A stretch of 64,000 nucleotides of DNA from contig NC_083240.1 in the NCBI RefSeq assembly GCF_032191835.1, positions 24,056,001-24,120,000 on the forward strand, read 5' to 3'. This DNA is from Heteronotia binoei (Eukaryota). This document shows, piece by piece, positions 22,801 to 36,451 of this stretch. The notes beneath the pieces are model-generated. The model saw only the letters and a list, made by a program, of their open reading frames with translations. It was not told where the DNA came from and did no database searches. The stretch's first letter is position 1; every line of letters starts with the position of its first letter. The position numbers and the translations under genes were made by a program.

Positions 22801-25800
22801 CCCAAGTTCTTCCTGGGACATCCTGCAAGCCAAACCTCCGAGTATATATATGGGGCAGAGGGAGAGAAAGAAGAAGAACTGCAGATTTATACCCTACCCT
22901 TCTCTCTGAATCAGAGACTCAGAGCAGGAGTTGTCCTTGAAAGGGCTCTCACAGCAGCTGCCCTTTCAAGGACAACTCTTGCAAGAGCTATGGCTGACCC
23001 AAGGCCATTCCAGCAGCTGCAAGTGGAGGAGTGGGGAATCCAACCCGGTTCTCCCAGATAAGAGTCCATGCACTTAACCACTACACCAAACTGGCTCTCC
23101 TAGAGACCCCCATCACTCCACATTTGCATTGACTCACCTGGAAGGTGCTGGGCACCCTGGTGTAGGTCAAGTCTTCAAGTTCTGGAGATCCCCCAATGAA
23201 AAACCTCCGCAGTTCTGAGACAGTGCCCAGTTCCACTGGACGCCACGTGGAAACAGTCAAGGTATGAACCCCTAAGCCACAGATACAGAAGAGACCACCG
23301 AGTTCAGCTGCCTGTCTGACACAGCCAAGACCAGATGCTGCTTAGCACCCCATCCTCATCCCTGCACCTATCTGCTGCCCAATAGGGCACAAAAAGCATC
23401 ACTAGAAGATGCCTGAGGAACAAACAAGAACAGGCAACTTATGCAATGGAGCCAATTCACATGCTGTGACCAAAGGAAAGCCAAAGACGTTCAGGTTGAC
23501 AAACTGAAGACTCCAATTTGTTTATATATGCTGCCCTTCTTTCAAGGAGTTCAGAGGATAGTACACTCTCATTTTTGCCTCTCAAAAACCCTGGGAGGTA
23601 GATCAGGAAGGGTGAAAGTGCTACCCCAAAGGGCTTTGGAGCTGAACAGGAAAGGCACTGTGAGTTTTCCACAGCCCAGGCTCAATTCTCTCAGTGCTGG
23701 AAGTAGGAGTGGCCACCAGAGCTTTTTAAAAAAACTTTTTACTAGCCCTGTTCCTGTGCCCAGAACCTCAGTCAGTAAACTTTGTCCCTCATGTGAGCAA
23801 AAGTGTCCTGGCTAAGCTTCCACCATCAGACAGGAGTACAGCCAGCGAAAGAAAAAAGGAGGTGGCAACATTTCAGACTGGTGAGTTATCCCAGGAGACT
23901 CTGCTGGATGCAATTCTGCAAGTGCTAACTTCTGTCCCCAGCTGCAGGATTCTCTGGGGGCTTGCAGAGCCATGGGAATAGAACCGGTGAGAATCAACAT
24001 GGCGTAGACAGCAGTGCCCGGCTGGACTGGGGAAGGCTGGGTTCAAATTGTGGCTCAGCCATGAAGCTCACAGGCTGACTTGGGGCCTGTCCCACTTGCT
24101 CACTCAACCTATTTCATAGGGTCGTTGCAAGGAGCAAGGGAGAGAACTGTGTATACAGCTCAGAGCTCCTTGCATAAAGGATGGGATAAAAATAGAATGA
24201 ATGTGTGTGGGGTGGGGATGCGGGTGGGGGTGGGGGATGGAAATAGCCTCACAAATCATAGCAGAAAGAGGACCTGTCAAAATCTGCTTTAAAAGGTATC
24301 TACCATAACTCTATCCATCTCTGTCTTGACCCCAAGAGAGCGTTTTTAATCTCAAACATGTTGCAGCATATAAAGCGGAGGCAATGCAAGTTGAGGGACC
24401 CAATCCCAGGCTGTGAATGTGCCACAGAGGCACAGCCCAGCTTTTTACCTGGTGTTGCTGGCAGCATCACAAACCCGTAGCCTTCGATGCGATACCTCTG
24501 CCAGAAATCCAAGGAGAGGACCTCGAAGTAGAGCACAGGCCACTGGGGGAGAGAGCCTGCCAGAAAGAGGAAGGCATGGGAATCAGGGCCTTTTATCACG
24601 CAGGACACCCCTTTGATGAAAACAGATTCATGGAGCGTGATGCTGGGATGTGGCCCTCCATCACACTGGCCTGAAGATTTTTGGTGATGGAGGTGAAAAC
24701 CCTAAATGACAGCCTCCTCTCCTCTGGAAATTCTCTTGCGTTCTCCTCACTGGAATAAACGAGAGCTGTGCATGACCACCTCCTGCTCATTCAATGGGAC
24801 CGTGTAGGGCGTCCCAAGGGACTGGACCCTGTGCCTCAGAGCCATCCATCTCTCATGCTGATGTCCACAGTCTGTTGCCTGACTCAGCTGCCTCATCCCC
24901 CCACCGCAGCCCCCCTCATCTGTGCACACAGTAGGGTGCAATCGCCGATCACTCACCTTCCAACTCATCCTCTTGGGTAAAGAACACCTCCAGAGTGAAA
25001 GGGAAGCAGAAAAAGGCCACCCTGTCCTGAGAGTGAAAGAGCCAAAGTCAGCTTCCAAACAGGGCAGGGAGAAGCAGAGTGACCTGGTGTCTGCCCTGGT
25101 ATTGGGAGCAGGAGCCTTCTCCCAATTCCAGGGAGAGCCGGTTTGGTGAGGTGGTTGAGTGTGCGGGCTCTTGTCTGGGAGGGCCGGGTTTGATTCCCCA
25201 CTCCTCCACTTGCACCTGCTAGCATGGCCTTGGGCCAGCCATAGCTCTGGCAGAGGTTGTCCTTGAAAGGGCAGCCTCTGTGAGAGCCCTCTCCAGCCCC
25301 ACCCACCTCACAGGGTGTCTGTTGTTGGGGAGGAAGGTAAAGGAGATTGTGAGCCGCTCTGAGACCCTTCGGAGTGGAGGGCGGGATATAAATCCAATAT
25401 CTTCTTCTTCTTCTTCTGCCTTGCGAATGAGGAGCTCCAGCACTGAGCCGCAGCCCTGCCCCAACTGATAACAGTGAGGTCCACCAGCAGATACTTACCA
25501 TGGCATCTAAAGGCAACCCTCTACTTTATTTCCCCAAAAAAATCCTTCCTTGGCTGATCTGTTCATAATTATTGTTAATTGTTTTCAACGCATTTGGTCT
25601 TTTCCTCCAGTTGCTTATTTCTGTGCTCAACCATTGGTTGTAAGCTGCTTTGAACTTGCAGAGGTAAGTATTTATATTTTAATCATATTTATTTCATTGG
25701 TAGACTAGTGAAATAAAGCTGCTCTAAGATTTGAAGTGGAACGGACTTCTCCCAACCACTGGCCACAACCACCTCGACTGCAATAAGATTACTATTGTCT

Positions 25801-28800
25801 CTAAGTAGGTTCATTTAACTTCCCTTTTTAGACACAATGAAAGATCTTCAGCGACTTCATATCCTGTAATTTTGTTCAATACAGAATAAAACCACCGTGC
25901 AAATCCTTTTTCACCACCACTGCACTGGTAACTATCAATCGTAATCAAGATTTACAAATAATTTTCAATGTGTATGGTGTTAAGTGCCATCAACACTGTA
26001 TTTTTTTTAAAAAACCTTTCAGTCATATTGGTGGCCATTAAATAACTGGAAATATTATTCCAGGTCCGTTTCAAGCATCTGGTGGGACTAAGAACTGTAA
26101 ATATTTGTTCCAGTTCCCATGGAAAATGTAGGTGGAAGACAGGAGACTCAGAACAGATGTATGTGCCCCTTACCTTGCCCACAACCTTGGTGGCACAGGT
26201 CTGTGTCACTCCAGACAGCTGTTGGGATGGAGGGCATGACCAGCCTACAAGAGAGGAGCAAAAGAGTTAGCTTTGCAAGGAAAAGGAACAGGAAGTAGGA
26301 GTTGATGCTGAGCTAGAACAGGGAGGATCCCTATAGCCCCTCTAGCTGTATGCTGAGTGGTTGGCACTGTCAGGAAGCTCTAAATGGGAGCCAATACAGG
26401 CAGCCCACTCCCACTGAACAAAGTATTTCATTCTCTAATGATATGGAGCCTCTGACAATCAGAAGGGTGAGTAGTGCCATGTTGGTCAATAAAAAGTAAA
26501 TGGCATATTAACCTCATCCCCAGACCACATCCCAGTTGATGTGCACCAACAGATAGACAATGGAAGCAGCTGCAGAAGCTGGGTGAATTGTGGAAGTGTG
26601 TTATATGTAGCATTTGTAACATCAACTCCAACTGGGGTGATCATATTGGCATTGCTCCCAGGCAGCCTCCACCCCAAGGCCAGATCTTGGAGAGGATGTG
26701 ACACCAGGTAAACAGTGCCTCCAAACACAAAGCCAGAACCCAGAAACAAGTAGAAGGAAGCATTTGCACAGGTCACCTAAGCTAAGAACAGCTCTGCTGG
26801 CACAAGTAGGCATGATTTACCGCTGCGATTTGACAAGGTGGCTTCAGCAGCAACACAACAGCACACCACAAAGTACCCCAAAGATCCCCTGAACATTTGC
26901 TGAGGAACATCTCTTTGTGGTATGCAGCATGCCACTTTCACCTGGCCTCCCCAGAACTCCAGTTTTTGTTTACTCACGGCTGGGCAGCTCCAGGAAAAAG
27001 TGGACGTAGAGATTGTCGTACTCGTAGCCCTGGGCTGAAACTGAGAGAAAGAGGCGGGCAATAGATTGCATCCACTCTAGCCTCCCCTGGCAGGAAGTGC
27101 AGAGACCTAGCTCTTAACCAAAGCCCACCCCTACTCACTCCCACCAGGTCAGACCACCACTGAGCATGCTGAAAAGTTAACTGCATGTGCCCCTCTTTGG
27201 AAAAAGAGCTCAGAATCACTTGTGGGCAATAGTTTTCTCTCAGCCTAGATGCTGCGGCCTTCACATATACACACTCAAGCAGTCACAATGAGCCCCATTT
27301 AAAGGGGGATAAGGTCAGACCAGGAGCAAAAGAAGGCCAATTTAAGAGAGTGCCCCCTAGGGAGAGCTACAAGGGACAGGAGATGGAATGGAGGAGCCCA
27401 TGCCTTAAGCTCCTACACTTGCTCTAGTCAGAGCGTCCCGCATTTCTGGCCTCAAGCTTCCTCCACTCTCAGTCCAATCCACAGGAGCAGCCCACCAACA
27501 CACTTGGTCCAGTTGAGAGAGCACTTTAACATCCCTGGGACTTCTCTAACAGTGTGCGTGTGGGGAGAGAAGCAGGAAGGAGGCAGCAGGATAGAACTTC
27601 AAAGAGCCTCTTACCAATTTCACCGTTAATGAAGAGTCGCAGAGACCCAGGAAGAGTCTGTAAGAGTGGACAGAGAGACGTCAGAGATGGCTCCCCCAGA
27701 ACAGAAAGACCTTTTCTTGTAAAGGCATGCCCCGGACACTTCTCATGTGCAAAGGGCAGCCCTCACCTACCGTCAGAATCTTTCCATAAAGTGGTACACG
27801 CATCCCCTGCTTGTGACCTGCATGGAAGACTCATCCACGGGGTCTGGATGCTTGGATTTGCCATCCCTTAATTTTGGTTGTGCAGCATATTTTGAGGTTT
27901 AACCTTTTGAGCTCTGGTGCCATCCCACTGTTCATTTATAATTTACCACATTCTGATAGAAAAACAGTCCTTCCTCACACCGTACAGCCCCTTCTTGCCT
28001 GCTCTTGTTCTCTGAACAAATGGCATAGATTCCATTGATTTGCGCAACACAGAGGCATCTCGTTCTCAAGATGGCTTTCCACAGTGACACACGCACAGCA
28101 CCAAATTCAGCTGGCCAATGTGATGCTCTCCACTGGGAACCGAACCAGCTTTTGGGCCTGGCAGCAGTGGCAGGGGGTGCCAGCTAATGACCTCTGCCCT
28201 CATCCAGGAAACAGCTAGCTCCTGTACATACAAACGCACACAAGTTACATACCATCTCAAAGTCAGAGCCAACGAGTCCTTGGAGATACTCCTTGTGTCG
28301 ACTGTACAACTAGAGAAAAAAGAGCAAAGTAAGGAGTAGCTCCAGAAAGCATCTGAAGACACAGAAATCCAAACATCTCAGATGTCCCCTCCATTCACAC
28401 ACTTTTTCTCTGGGACAGCTACAAGAGCAGCCAGATATCTGCAGAGCAAAATGATTATTCTGGGACACTCTCTTTCTGGCTAGATTTTGGGCAGATCATA
28501 GGGTTGGTCATCAGATCAGGGGTGGTGAGGACATATATGGCTAGTGAAAAAGGAAGTGGAGGGTGGCTGCCTCTTGAGGAAGTGCTCATTGGTAACTCCA
28601 GAGGCAAAAACGTGGTTCCACAGCACAGGAACAATCATGCTGCCTGAAGCTCCATCTTCACCAAAGTTTTGATGCGTCTCTGACACCTGACAAGGCAGCC
28701 TGACCCTGTCTTCTCCTTCACAATACCTAGGTTGCAACGGCAGCTTACTTGCACCCTGAACTCCATCTACACACTCACAAGCAATGGAAGGTGACCCTTA

Positions 28801-31800
28801 CGTCCTTGAAGACGCGCTGCTCTCGCTCCTCTTCCTCCCGCTGCACTACAGCTGAGGCATTCTCCAGAGTGTACTTCCACAGCTCCCGCTTTTCACCTTC
28901 CAGCTCAATCCTTCACAGTCCAAATGCCAAATGTAAGCATCTGAGAACGATGAGGCAAAAGGGCCAGGAGTAGCCTCCTCCCTCTCCTCTTTGGAGGAGG
29001 GCAGCAACTGGGCTCTTTAGCACCTGCAAACTGTCTCGATCCCCACCCATCCCAAAGACTAACTGGATTGGGATTCAGGGCTCCCTCTACTCACCGGTAA
29101 GCCCCTTTTGCGCCTGTGAAATCTGGCTTGATTGTGATGACTCCATTGCTGTCCACCCTGATTGTGCAAAGGACGTGCTCGCAGTCGCCGCAGCTGAGTC
29201 TGTGGGAATATCGGTATGAACGTGGGCCTGGTCTCCCAAAAGGTCCAAGGAGCAGCACAGGGCACTCTGTGGAGTGTGACCCACAGGGATCCTTTCTTAT
29301 GAAACTTGGGACCCAAACCCAGGGCCTCTGGTGGCAAAGACACCTCAGCCAGCAAAGGCTGTCCCAGGAAGTAGGAGAGTCTTCTCATCTTCCCAGTCTG
29401 GGGAGATCTCTCAGGTCCTCCTTGGCTGGAAACCTTTCTGGGATACATCCTGGTCACCTGATTAATAGACTATGACGATGAGTTTTGATCATTTTCTCAG
29501 CTTATGTCTCGATATGATTTGTCAACCTCTCCTGAATGGCAGGATTTACAACTGCAACATCTGTTGGTATCTAGATATGGCCCTGAAGCACTAAGTTTAG
29601 AATTGCCTTTACTCTTGGAAGCGCCCATTGAATCAATGCAGAAAATGAAACCTACAGTATTTGTATATATATATTTGATGTTGATGAACAAATATGATAT
29701 CCAGAGTCTCAGGAATGAATGGGAGAAGGAGCTAGATCACCCTGTTTTTGATAAAGCATTGGGATATGGCCTCTAAACTTCATACTTGCTGTTTCCACGG
29801 ATCTCAAGCTGTCACTCAGCAAATATATATATAAAAGCAAATATATATATTTGCTCACTCAGCAAATATATATATATAAAAGCAAATATATATATAAAAG
29901 AACCATAGAGTTGGAAGAGACCTCCAGGGTCATCGAGTCCAACCCCCTGCAGAATGCAGGAACTTCACAGATACCTCCTCCCCACACACATCCCAGTGAC
30001 CCCTTTTTCTTGCCCAGAAGATGACAAAAAACATCCAGGATCCCTGGCCAAACTGGCCTGGAGTAAAATTGCCTCCTGATCCCAAAGTGGCAATCAGTAT
30101 TTCTCCGGCCTTATAAGAAAGGGCCACGAGAATTAAGCACTTCTTCCTGCAATCCCTCTCATGCTCTGCCTAAGTTCACAGAATCAGAACTGCTGCTAGA
30201 TGGCCATCCAGCCTTTGAATACCTCTAAAGAAGGACAACCCACCGCCTCCCAAGGAAGCCTGTTCCACTGTCAAGAAATTCTTTCATATGTTTAGCCAAA
30301 AGCTGTTTTGATTTAAATTCAACCTGTTGGTTCTGGTCCAACCTTCTGGGGCAACAGAAAGCAGCTCTGCACCATCCTCTATGACAACCCTTCAAATTCG
30401 TGGGTGATGATATCACCTCTCAGTCATCTCCTCTTCAGGCTAAACATACTGAGCTCTTTCAACCTTTCCTCTTGAACTTGGTCTAATTATGTTTATTAGA
30501 CATGACAGTGCTATTTTAGTAAGGACTAGGTAAAACCATCAGGACAGGACAGACTTGCTTCACCCACCTGGCTCCGGCTTCCCTCCTCCCTTGACAGGTC
30601 CTTGTGCAAGGGACAGATTCCCCAAATGCTGGATTGAGCTCACACCTACAAAACCACAGGAGCTACCAAGTTTCAGAAACAGAAGCCAAATTATTGTACT
30701 GGTCAAGCTCAGTGGTCAGTTTTTGATCTACACTGATGGGAACAGTGGACTTTGACCAACCTCCAAACGTGGAAGGGAGAGCAGGGCACATGAACATGCA
30801 AAAGAGAGCTTCTATCTAGCAGCAGGTTTTTTGGAGCACCAACTTACTTGTCCTGGGGTCCCAGGTCTGCCATTATGTACATGGTCTGCACGGGGGTGTT
30901 GATAACATGGTTGTTCTTGATGAACTCTTCTGAGGGCTCCCAGGTGATAATGCGGGATTTGAAAGCGCTGCCTTCCCTGCAGGGGAGCATTGATTACAAT
31001 TCAGCAGGAAGTNNNNNNNNNNNNNNNNNNNNNNNNNNNNNNNNNNNNNNNNNNNNNNNNNNNNNNNNNNNNNNNNNNNNNNNNNNNNNNNNNNNNNNNN
31101 NNNNNNNNNNNNNNNNNNNNNNNNNNNNNNNNNNNNNNNNNNNNNNNNNNNNNNNNNNNNNNNNNNNNNNNNNNNNNNNNNNNNNNNNNNNNNNNNNNNN
31201 NNNNNNNNNNNNNNNNNNNNNNNNNNNNNNNNNNNNNNNNNNNNNNNNNNNNNCCAAAACCAAAGGAGTCATAAATTGACAAAAGCATTCTTAACCATTC
31301 TGCTCACATTGGCTTGCGCTCCTGCCTTCTTCTTCTCACGTTGGCCATCCTCTCTGCCAAGTACGAAGGTGCTTCCTGGGCAGATGTGGTCATCTGCTTG
31401 CAGTGCTGAAACATAGGGAGATGGGATGTTAGTTTACCTGCACGTGTGCAGGTAAAACAGACCCCATGCTGATCTCTAAACTGTCCTCCACAGTGAGACC
31501 TCCAGGAGATCCTCCAGCCATCAATAAGCTCCTGGGGAAATGATGAAGTTACCATGGCCATGTGTGTGTGTGCTTTCCTTGCCTCATCCTACCCAACCTG
31601 CAATATTCACCCGAGCCTCTTTCGAGTATGTTCCCCCAAACTCAGCCATTGCCTTTCCAATAGCTTTAACCTTTCTTGCTCCATCTGGAAAATGGGAATA
31701 GTGGCCCAATACATGCCCCTGCTACATACATGTCAGATATTAAAATGTGTTCACAGCATTCAGCCTTAGAGAAGTCAGTTTTCAATTAGTTCCCTGTCCC

Positions 31801-34800
31801 ACTGCTCCTCACCTGCCTGAAGTGGGCAGTTCCTTACCATCCTCCCCCCACCCAGATTCAGCAAAGGCAGTCAGTGGAGTTCCCCTCAGGCACCTCCTCC
31901 ATGTTGGTGAAGCGGTCATGATCTGTGTATGTGAAGATCCGGCAGTTCTTCCGTCCCCCAGACCTCTCCAGCTTCAGGATGTCCTGGTGGTACTGCCGGT
32001 CCAGTGGGCTCTGGCAAGCAGACTCATTCTGGTATAGATCCACCTCAAACTGAACACAGGACAGAACACCCTGGATGTAGCAAAGAATGCTGAGAGCAGA
32101 GCTGGAATAATCCTAAACTTCAACAAGGGCCAGACTGATCAAAGATAAATGGAAGAGACTGAGCTAAAATTACATAACAGAAAAACAACAGCTCAGAGAG
32201 GAGGCTGTTTTCAGCAAGCAGCTTCCTTTCCAGTAAATTTTAGCTGTGTAATTTAAACCACGCTTGAAAGGGGAGGGATGTTAAATCACTTTTTGATCTC
32301 TGCGCATTCATGTTTTCTCCTGAAGGATGTGGAATTGCAAAGCATCCAAATGGAGAAAGGTGGAGAGGTGCCTGGTTACACAGGGTGGAGAGAACAAGCG
32401 TCAAATGGGGCATGCAGCTCATGACATCTGCAGTTGGCAACTATCGGCAAAGTGCACCAGGAAATCTCCAGTTTGGTATGGATGGGGCTGGAAAACTCTC
32501 CACAGTCCCTTGCGCCAAGGGAAATGGCAAAGGGAACCAGGAACATCAGGAAGAACAGAGAGGCAGAACAGGATTTATAAAGAGACCATACCACAAGCTC
32601 AGGGATCAGAAATTCCCTGTTCAGTGGAATGGTGCTATGACCCAGAACTAAGTAGTGGCAGCCTCAATTGATAACTGAAGAGAACAACGACCCCTCTAGT
32701 ACTGGGACTATGGATCTATAGTAGGAAGTGATTCCTTCCTAGGAAGGATCAGTCATCATTCAGCTTGGGTGTTTTAATACCCGCCAGTTCCAAAATAAAG
32801 GCAGCCCTGCTAGATAGGGATGGATGGATCAGCCTATTGTTTTCCATCACAGAAGTGCTTGCAGAATGAAGCTTACATATGGGAACTTAGCCTGCATATG
32901 ATAACATGCCCTAATTGTGCAGGAATGGTGCTGTGCAGAGGCCAGTGTGGAAGAGTGGCTCGTGTGCTGAATTTGGGTGGAGACTGAGGTTCAAGTGATC
33001 ATTACAACGGGAAACTCATAGGCTAGTTACTCAGTCTGATCTATATCACAGGATTATCTTGAGGATAATTGGAAAAAAGATTCCTGAGGTGCTCTGGAAA
33101 GCACTTATTCATGAGGAAGGCATTGCTGTCAACTCACCTGGCTAAAGAGTTTCTCTTGCCAGCCAATCACGGCCTCCTCTTCTTCCTCATTCGGACGGTA
33201 CCCACCTGGAATACATGCAGACAGGCAACATTTCCCACAGATCTATATGCAACAGTCTCATCAGCCCATCAACCTTCCAGACCACTGTCCTTCCTCAGCT
33301 TGTCTGTAATTATATGAAGAGGTGGAGAAGGAAGGGAATCAAAGGCAAGCCCCAAGGATGAAGGAACCAGGCAGGATCTCATGCCCCTGGTGGCATCTTC
33401 CCATGACTTCTTAACAAGACCCCCTTGATAGCTGGAGCACCTTGGTCCTAGTTAACTTCTGGCCACAGGAGATTCAGACACTGGGCAAGACCACCCATTC
33501 TTGATGCTAAACCCCAATGAGCACAGCAAGAGCCTGTTTGTGAATATACAGGAAGAGAGAGCAACTAATTGTGCTGGGACCCAGTAATGGGTACCGCTTC
33601 TCTGTCCTCAACTGAACAGTAACAAAGACATAGATGGGGTAATTGTTTTTGTAGCAATGGGGAAGCTTTTCTCCCCCTTTTCTTTTCTACTGGCTGGCAC
33701 ATGGACCTTTTTTAAAATTTTAAAATTTAGGAAATGAGATTGGCCAGAACAACTTTTTGGCACCTTATTTATTTCATGCACAGAACTGCAAAAAGTGCAA
33801 AACTGCGTCAAAAACCTCCCCCTACCCGTGCCATACAATGATCAGGGTTCAGCTGAATGCTATCCAAGCAGCACTCTCCCCGTGCTACTCTGGCTATACT
33901 GCCAGTAAATGGCTGGCTTGGCTGAACTGCCTTCCTCAAGAGATGCCTCAAGATGCTTGCCATGTTTCCATGCTGCACTGGGCGAGCTTTGCCTGCACCC
34001 ATCTGGCTGGCTATCACCTTGGCCAAATACCTCTTTAGCAAAAGTAGCTGCTGACCAGAGATATTTTGTGGCCTGCTTTGACCTCTCAAGGATACAGAAC
34101 TTTTAGACTGCCCAGATATTTCTGGACTGCCTGTAGGTAGATGCCCTTTGACAGGCTTGCCCTTGAATTAAGCAGTGCCTATCCATTAGCTAACTTTGTG
34201 GAGGGAAAGGCAGAGATATTGGTTCCAAGCAGAACCAGTCCGGAGAACCCTGCATCCATCAGGATCTCCTGAAGTACTACAAGGTGAGGTCTTTCCATTG
34301 CTGCAGTGCTGATCACTCTGGATGGTATCATTTTAAAGAAGTAAACTAAGGAAGCAGCCAAGAACTCACTTGCTGTGTTGTGAGAGCCAAGAGTGGCCAA
34401 GCTGATGAGCTGCTGGCCTGGCTGGCAGGAAGGCTGGTGAAGCTGCTGCAGCAGGAGGCTGGTGGAAGTCACCCGCTGGAGGCAAACCCTGTAGGAGAGA
34501 AACAAAGAAAGTAGAACTGCTGGAATAGCTAGATCAGGAGTGTCAGATATATGGTCCGCAGGATAGAACTAGCCCTTCAGGGCTCTTATCTGGCCTGTGA
34601 GCAACTGGTCATTACCTTTACTGCCAGATGACAGATGCTGTGAGAGCCAGTTTGGTGTGGTGGTTAAGTGCGCGGACTCTTAACTGGGAGAACCTGGTTT
34701 GATTCCCCACTCCTCCACTTGAACCTGCTGGAATGGCCTTGGTTCAGCCATAGCTTTCACAAGAGTTGTCCTCTCAGCCCCACCTACCTTACAGGGTATC

Positions 34801-36451
34801 TGTTGTGTGTATGGGGGAAGGTAAAGGAGACTGTGACCGCTCTGAGATTCAGAGTATAGGGCGGGATATAAATCCAATATCTTCAATTATGTCCCTGTAT
34901 ATTGTCCTGGTGCTAATGAATAATGGGCGTTGGACGCGGGAGGGTGGGTATCAGGGAGATACTTTAAGGAAATACTGGAAGAATGTTAATGTTTCAGGCA
35001 CATTTGTATTTTGATTAAATATAATATCATTAATTGGGTTTGTCTGTGTCCTTTATAAAGTCTGTATCTCCTGTACCTGGCATTACATTTTATGGCACAC
35101 GTTGCTTGGCCACTGCTTAAAAACTGCCAGTGAGGCAGTGCGGAGAGCAATGGGCCTCCCTAGGTAGCCAATTCTACTGTTGAACAAACTGTAAAAAAGT
35201 TTTTGCTAATACTGTTCTTGAAAAAAACGAATCCATCAGTTAGTTTAACTAAGCGTAAGCCGGAGACCTTTATGAGAGTTTGGTTCTAAGTTGAAGATAT
35301 ACATCAGTCAGGTTCACACACTACAAAGCAATCTAACTGTCATTTGATTTGTATGTATCGATCATAGTTATTTGCCCCCTTGAAGGAACCTATGCAGGTT
35401 CACGTAAATTTCTCCAACAGGCAAACAGTGACACTCTGAGGCTACTGTTTCAGGTTGGAAAACAGCACAGGGGCAGGATGACTCCCTTTCTCCTCACAGC
35501 AGCTCCAATTCAAATTGCCTGCCACCCCCAATGAATCTCTGGGAGGGATGCACATGAACACATGTTGACCCTAGCACATTGCTCATAAATCAAAGTGAAC
35601 ACACATATAATCTGTGTAGAATGTACCTTTTTTTTTCTTTACACATTAACTGAGTAATCATCATGTTATGTTCAGTGCATGAACAGCTTAATGTCACTTC
35701 AACTCCACATTTATCCAGATGCTGGTCCCCAGTTTTGGTTGCAAAGTGAATGCACATTGGCTCAGTCTTACACATAATACACACACATGCAAGATGTACC
35801 TACATTCATTGTACGACACACACAGAGCTACTACATACAACACACATCGAGCATTTCTACATTCTACAGCCGCTGAGGCATATTTTCAACTGTTGATCAC
35901 CTCTCCTTCGGTTAATAACGTTTCATTAACCTGAAGAATGAGCAGATCCTTGGCTAGGGACTGAACTCTTCAGTGATGTAGAATAGTGTGTACTGGGGGA
36001 GCCTTAGTGTGAAAATCAGGATCTTTCCAGACTGCTCTTTGTTTTTGCTTGCAAAATTTAGAAAGACAAGTAGAATTCGTGGAGATTTTTTTTTTTTAAA
36101 GGAAGCAGCTTCTTTGTTACCGTAATGCAAATCTAGGGATTTCCCCCGTGCTTGTTTCTTCCTCCCCGCAAAACTCCTCGAGATAGTTCTATTGCAGTGA
36201 AATCAAAGAAATGAAATGACATTGAACTGAACGAATAAGTAATGACAATAAATTGAACAAATAAGTAAGCAGCCACGAACTGAATGATAAAAAGGGGGAG
36301 AGGGGAGAGAAGGAGCTGATGGCGTCGAGAGAAACATGAGAAAACACCGATGGGTCAGGAAATGCTCTGACCTGATCCGGAGGTTGCAGATGGGATCCCG
36401 AGAACGATAGACCGCCCCACCCGTGTCTTCATTCCAGCCGGGGTGCGCCAT
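19853..36451 (-). CDS. MKS1: MKS transition zone complex subunit 1 (B9/C2-domain ciliary protein), complete, 18 exons, 559 aa
   Basis: Exons 36372-36451, 34370-34488, 33138-33205, 31894-32049, 31308-31405, 30848-30976, 29095-29199, 28802-28910, 28253-28309, 27615-27657, 26978-27040, 26174-26244, 24957-25026, 24449-24556, 23138-23271, 22647-22729, 20905-21002, 19853-19941 sum to 1680 nt. Signature peptides [73 protein letters not shown]. Confidence 0.98.
22865..23100 (-). mobile_element. Squam3-like SINE with an internal inverted duplication
   Basis: SINE head and tail present; hairpin at 22926-22980 replaces part of the body. Confidence 0.8.
25125..25415 (+). mobile_element. tRNA-derived SINE (Squam3-like)
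   Basis: Full-length, ends ggcgggatataaatccaatatcttcttcttc. Confidence 0.85.
29480..29815 (+). mobile_element. L1-clade ORF2 fragment (degenerate)
   Basis: ORF 29504-29776 contains [10 protein letters not shown]...[16 protein letters not shown], reminiscent of the C-terminal region of non-mammalian L1 ORF2. Confidence 0.5.
29900..30480. mobile_element. CR1 LINE 3' fragment
   Basis: aaccatagagttggaagagacctccagggtcatcgagtccaacccc and downstream CR1-like sequence. Confidence 0.7.
31013..31253. other. Assembly gap (N run) in MKS1 intron 5
   Basis: Run of n; exons 5 and 6 join in phase. Confidence 0.99.
34640..34885 (+). mobile_element. tRNA-derived SINE (Squam3-like)
   Basis: gagagccagtttggtgtggtggttaagtgcgcggactc. 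Confidence 0.85.

Noticed and set aside
24205-24240. G-quadruplex-like run in MKS1 intron 15
   Set aside because: Common low-complexity motif inside an old repeat; nothing specific supports function.
27766-27810. Alternative candidate for MKS1 exon 10 ([13 protein letters not shown])
   Set aside because: 27615-27657 ([14 protein letters not shown]) matches the orthologue and phases much better.
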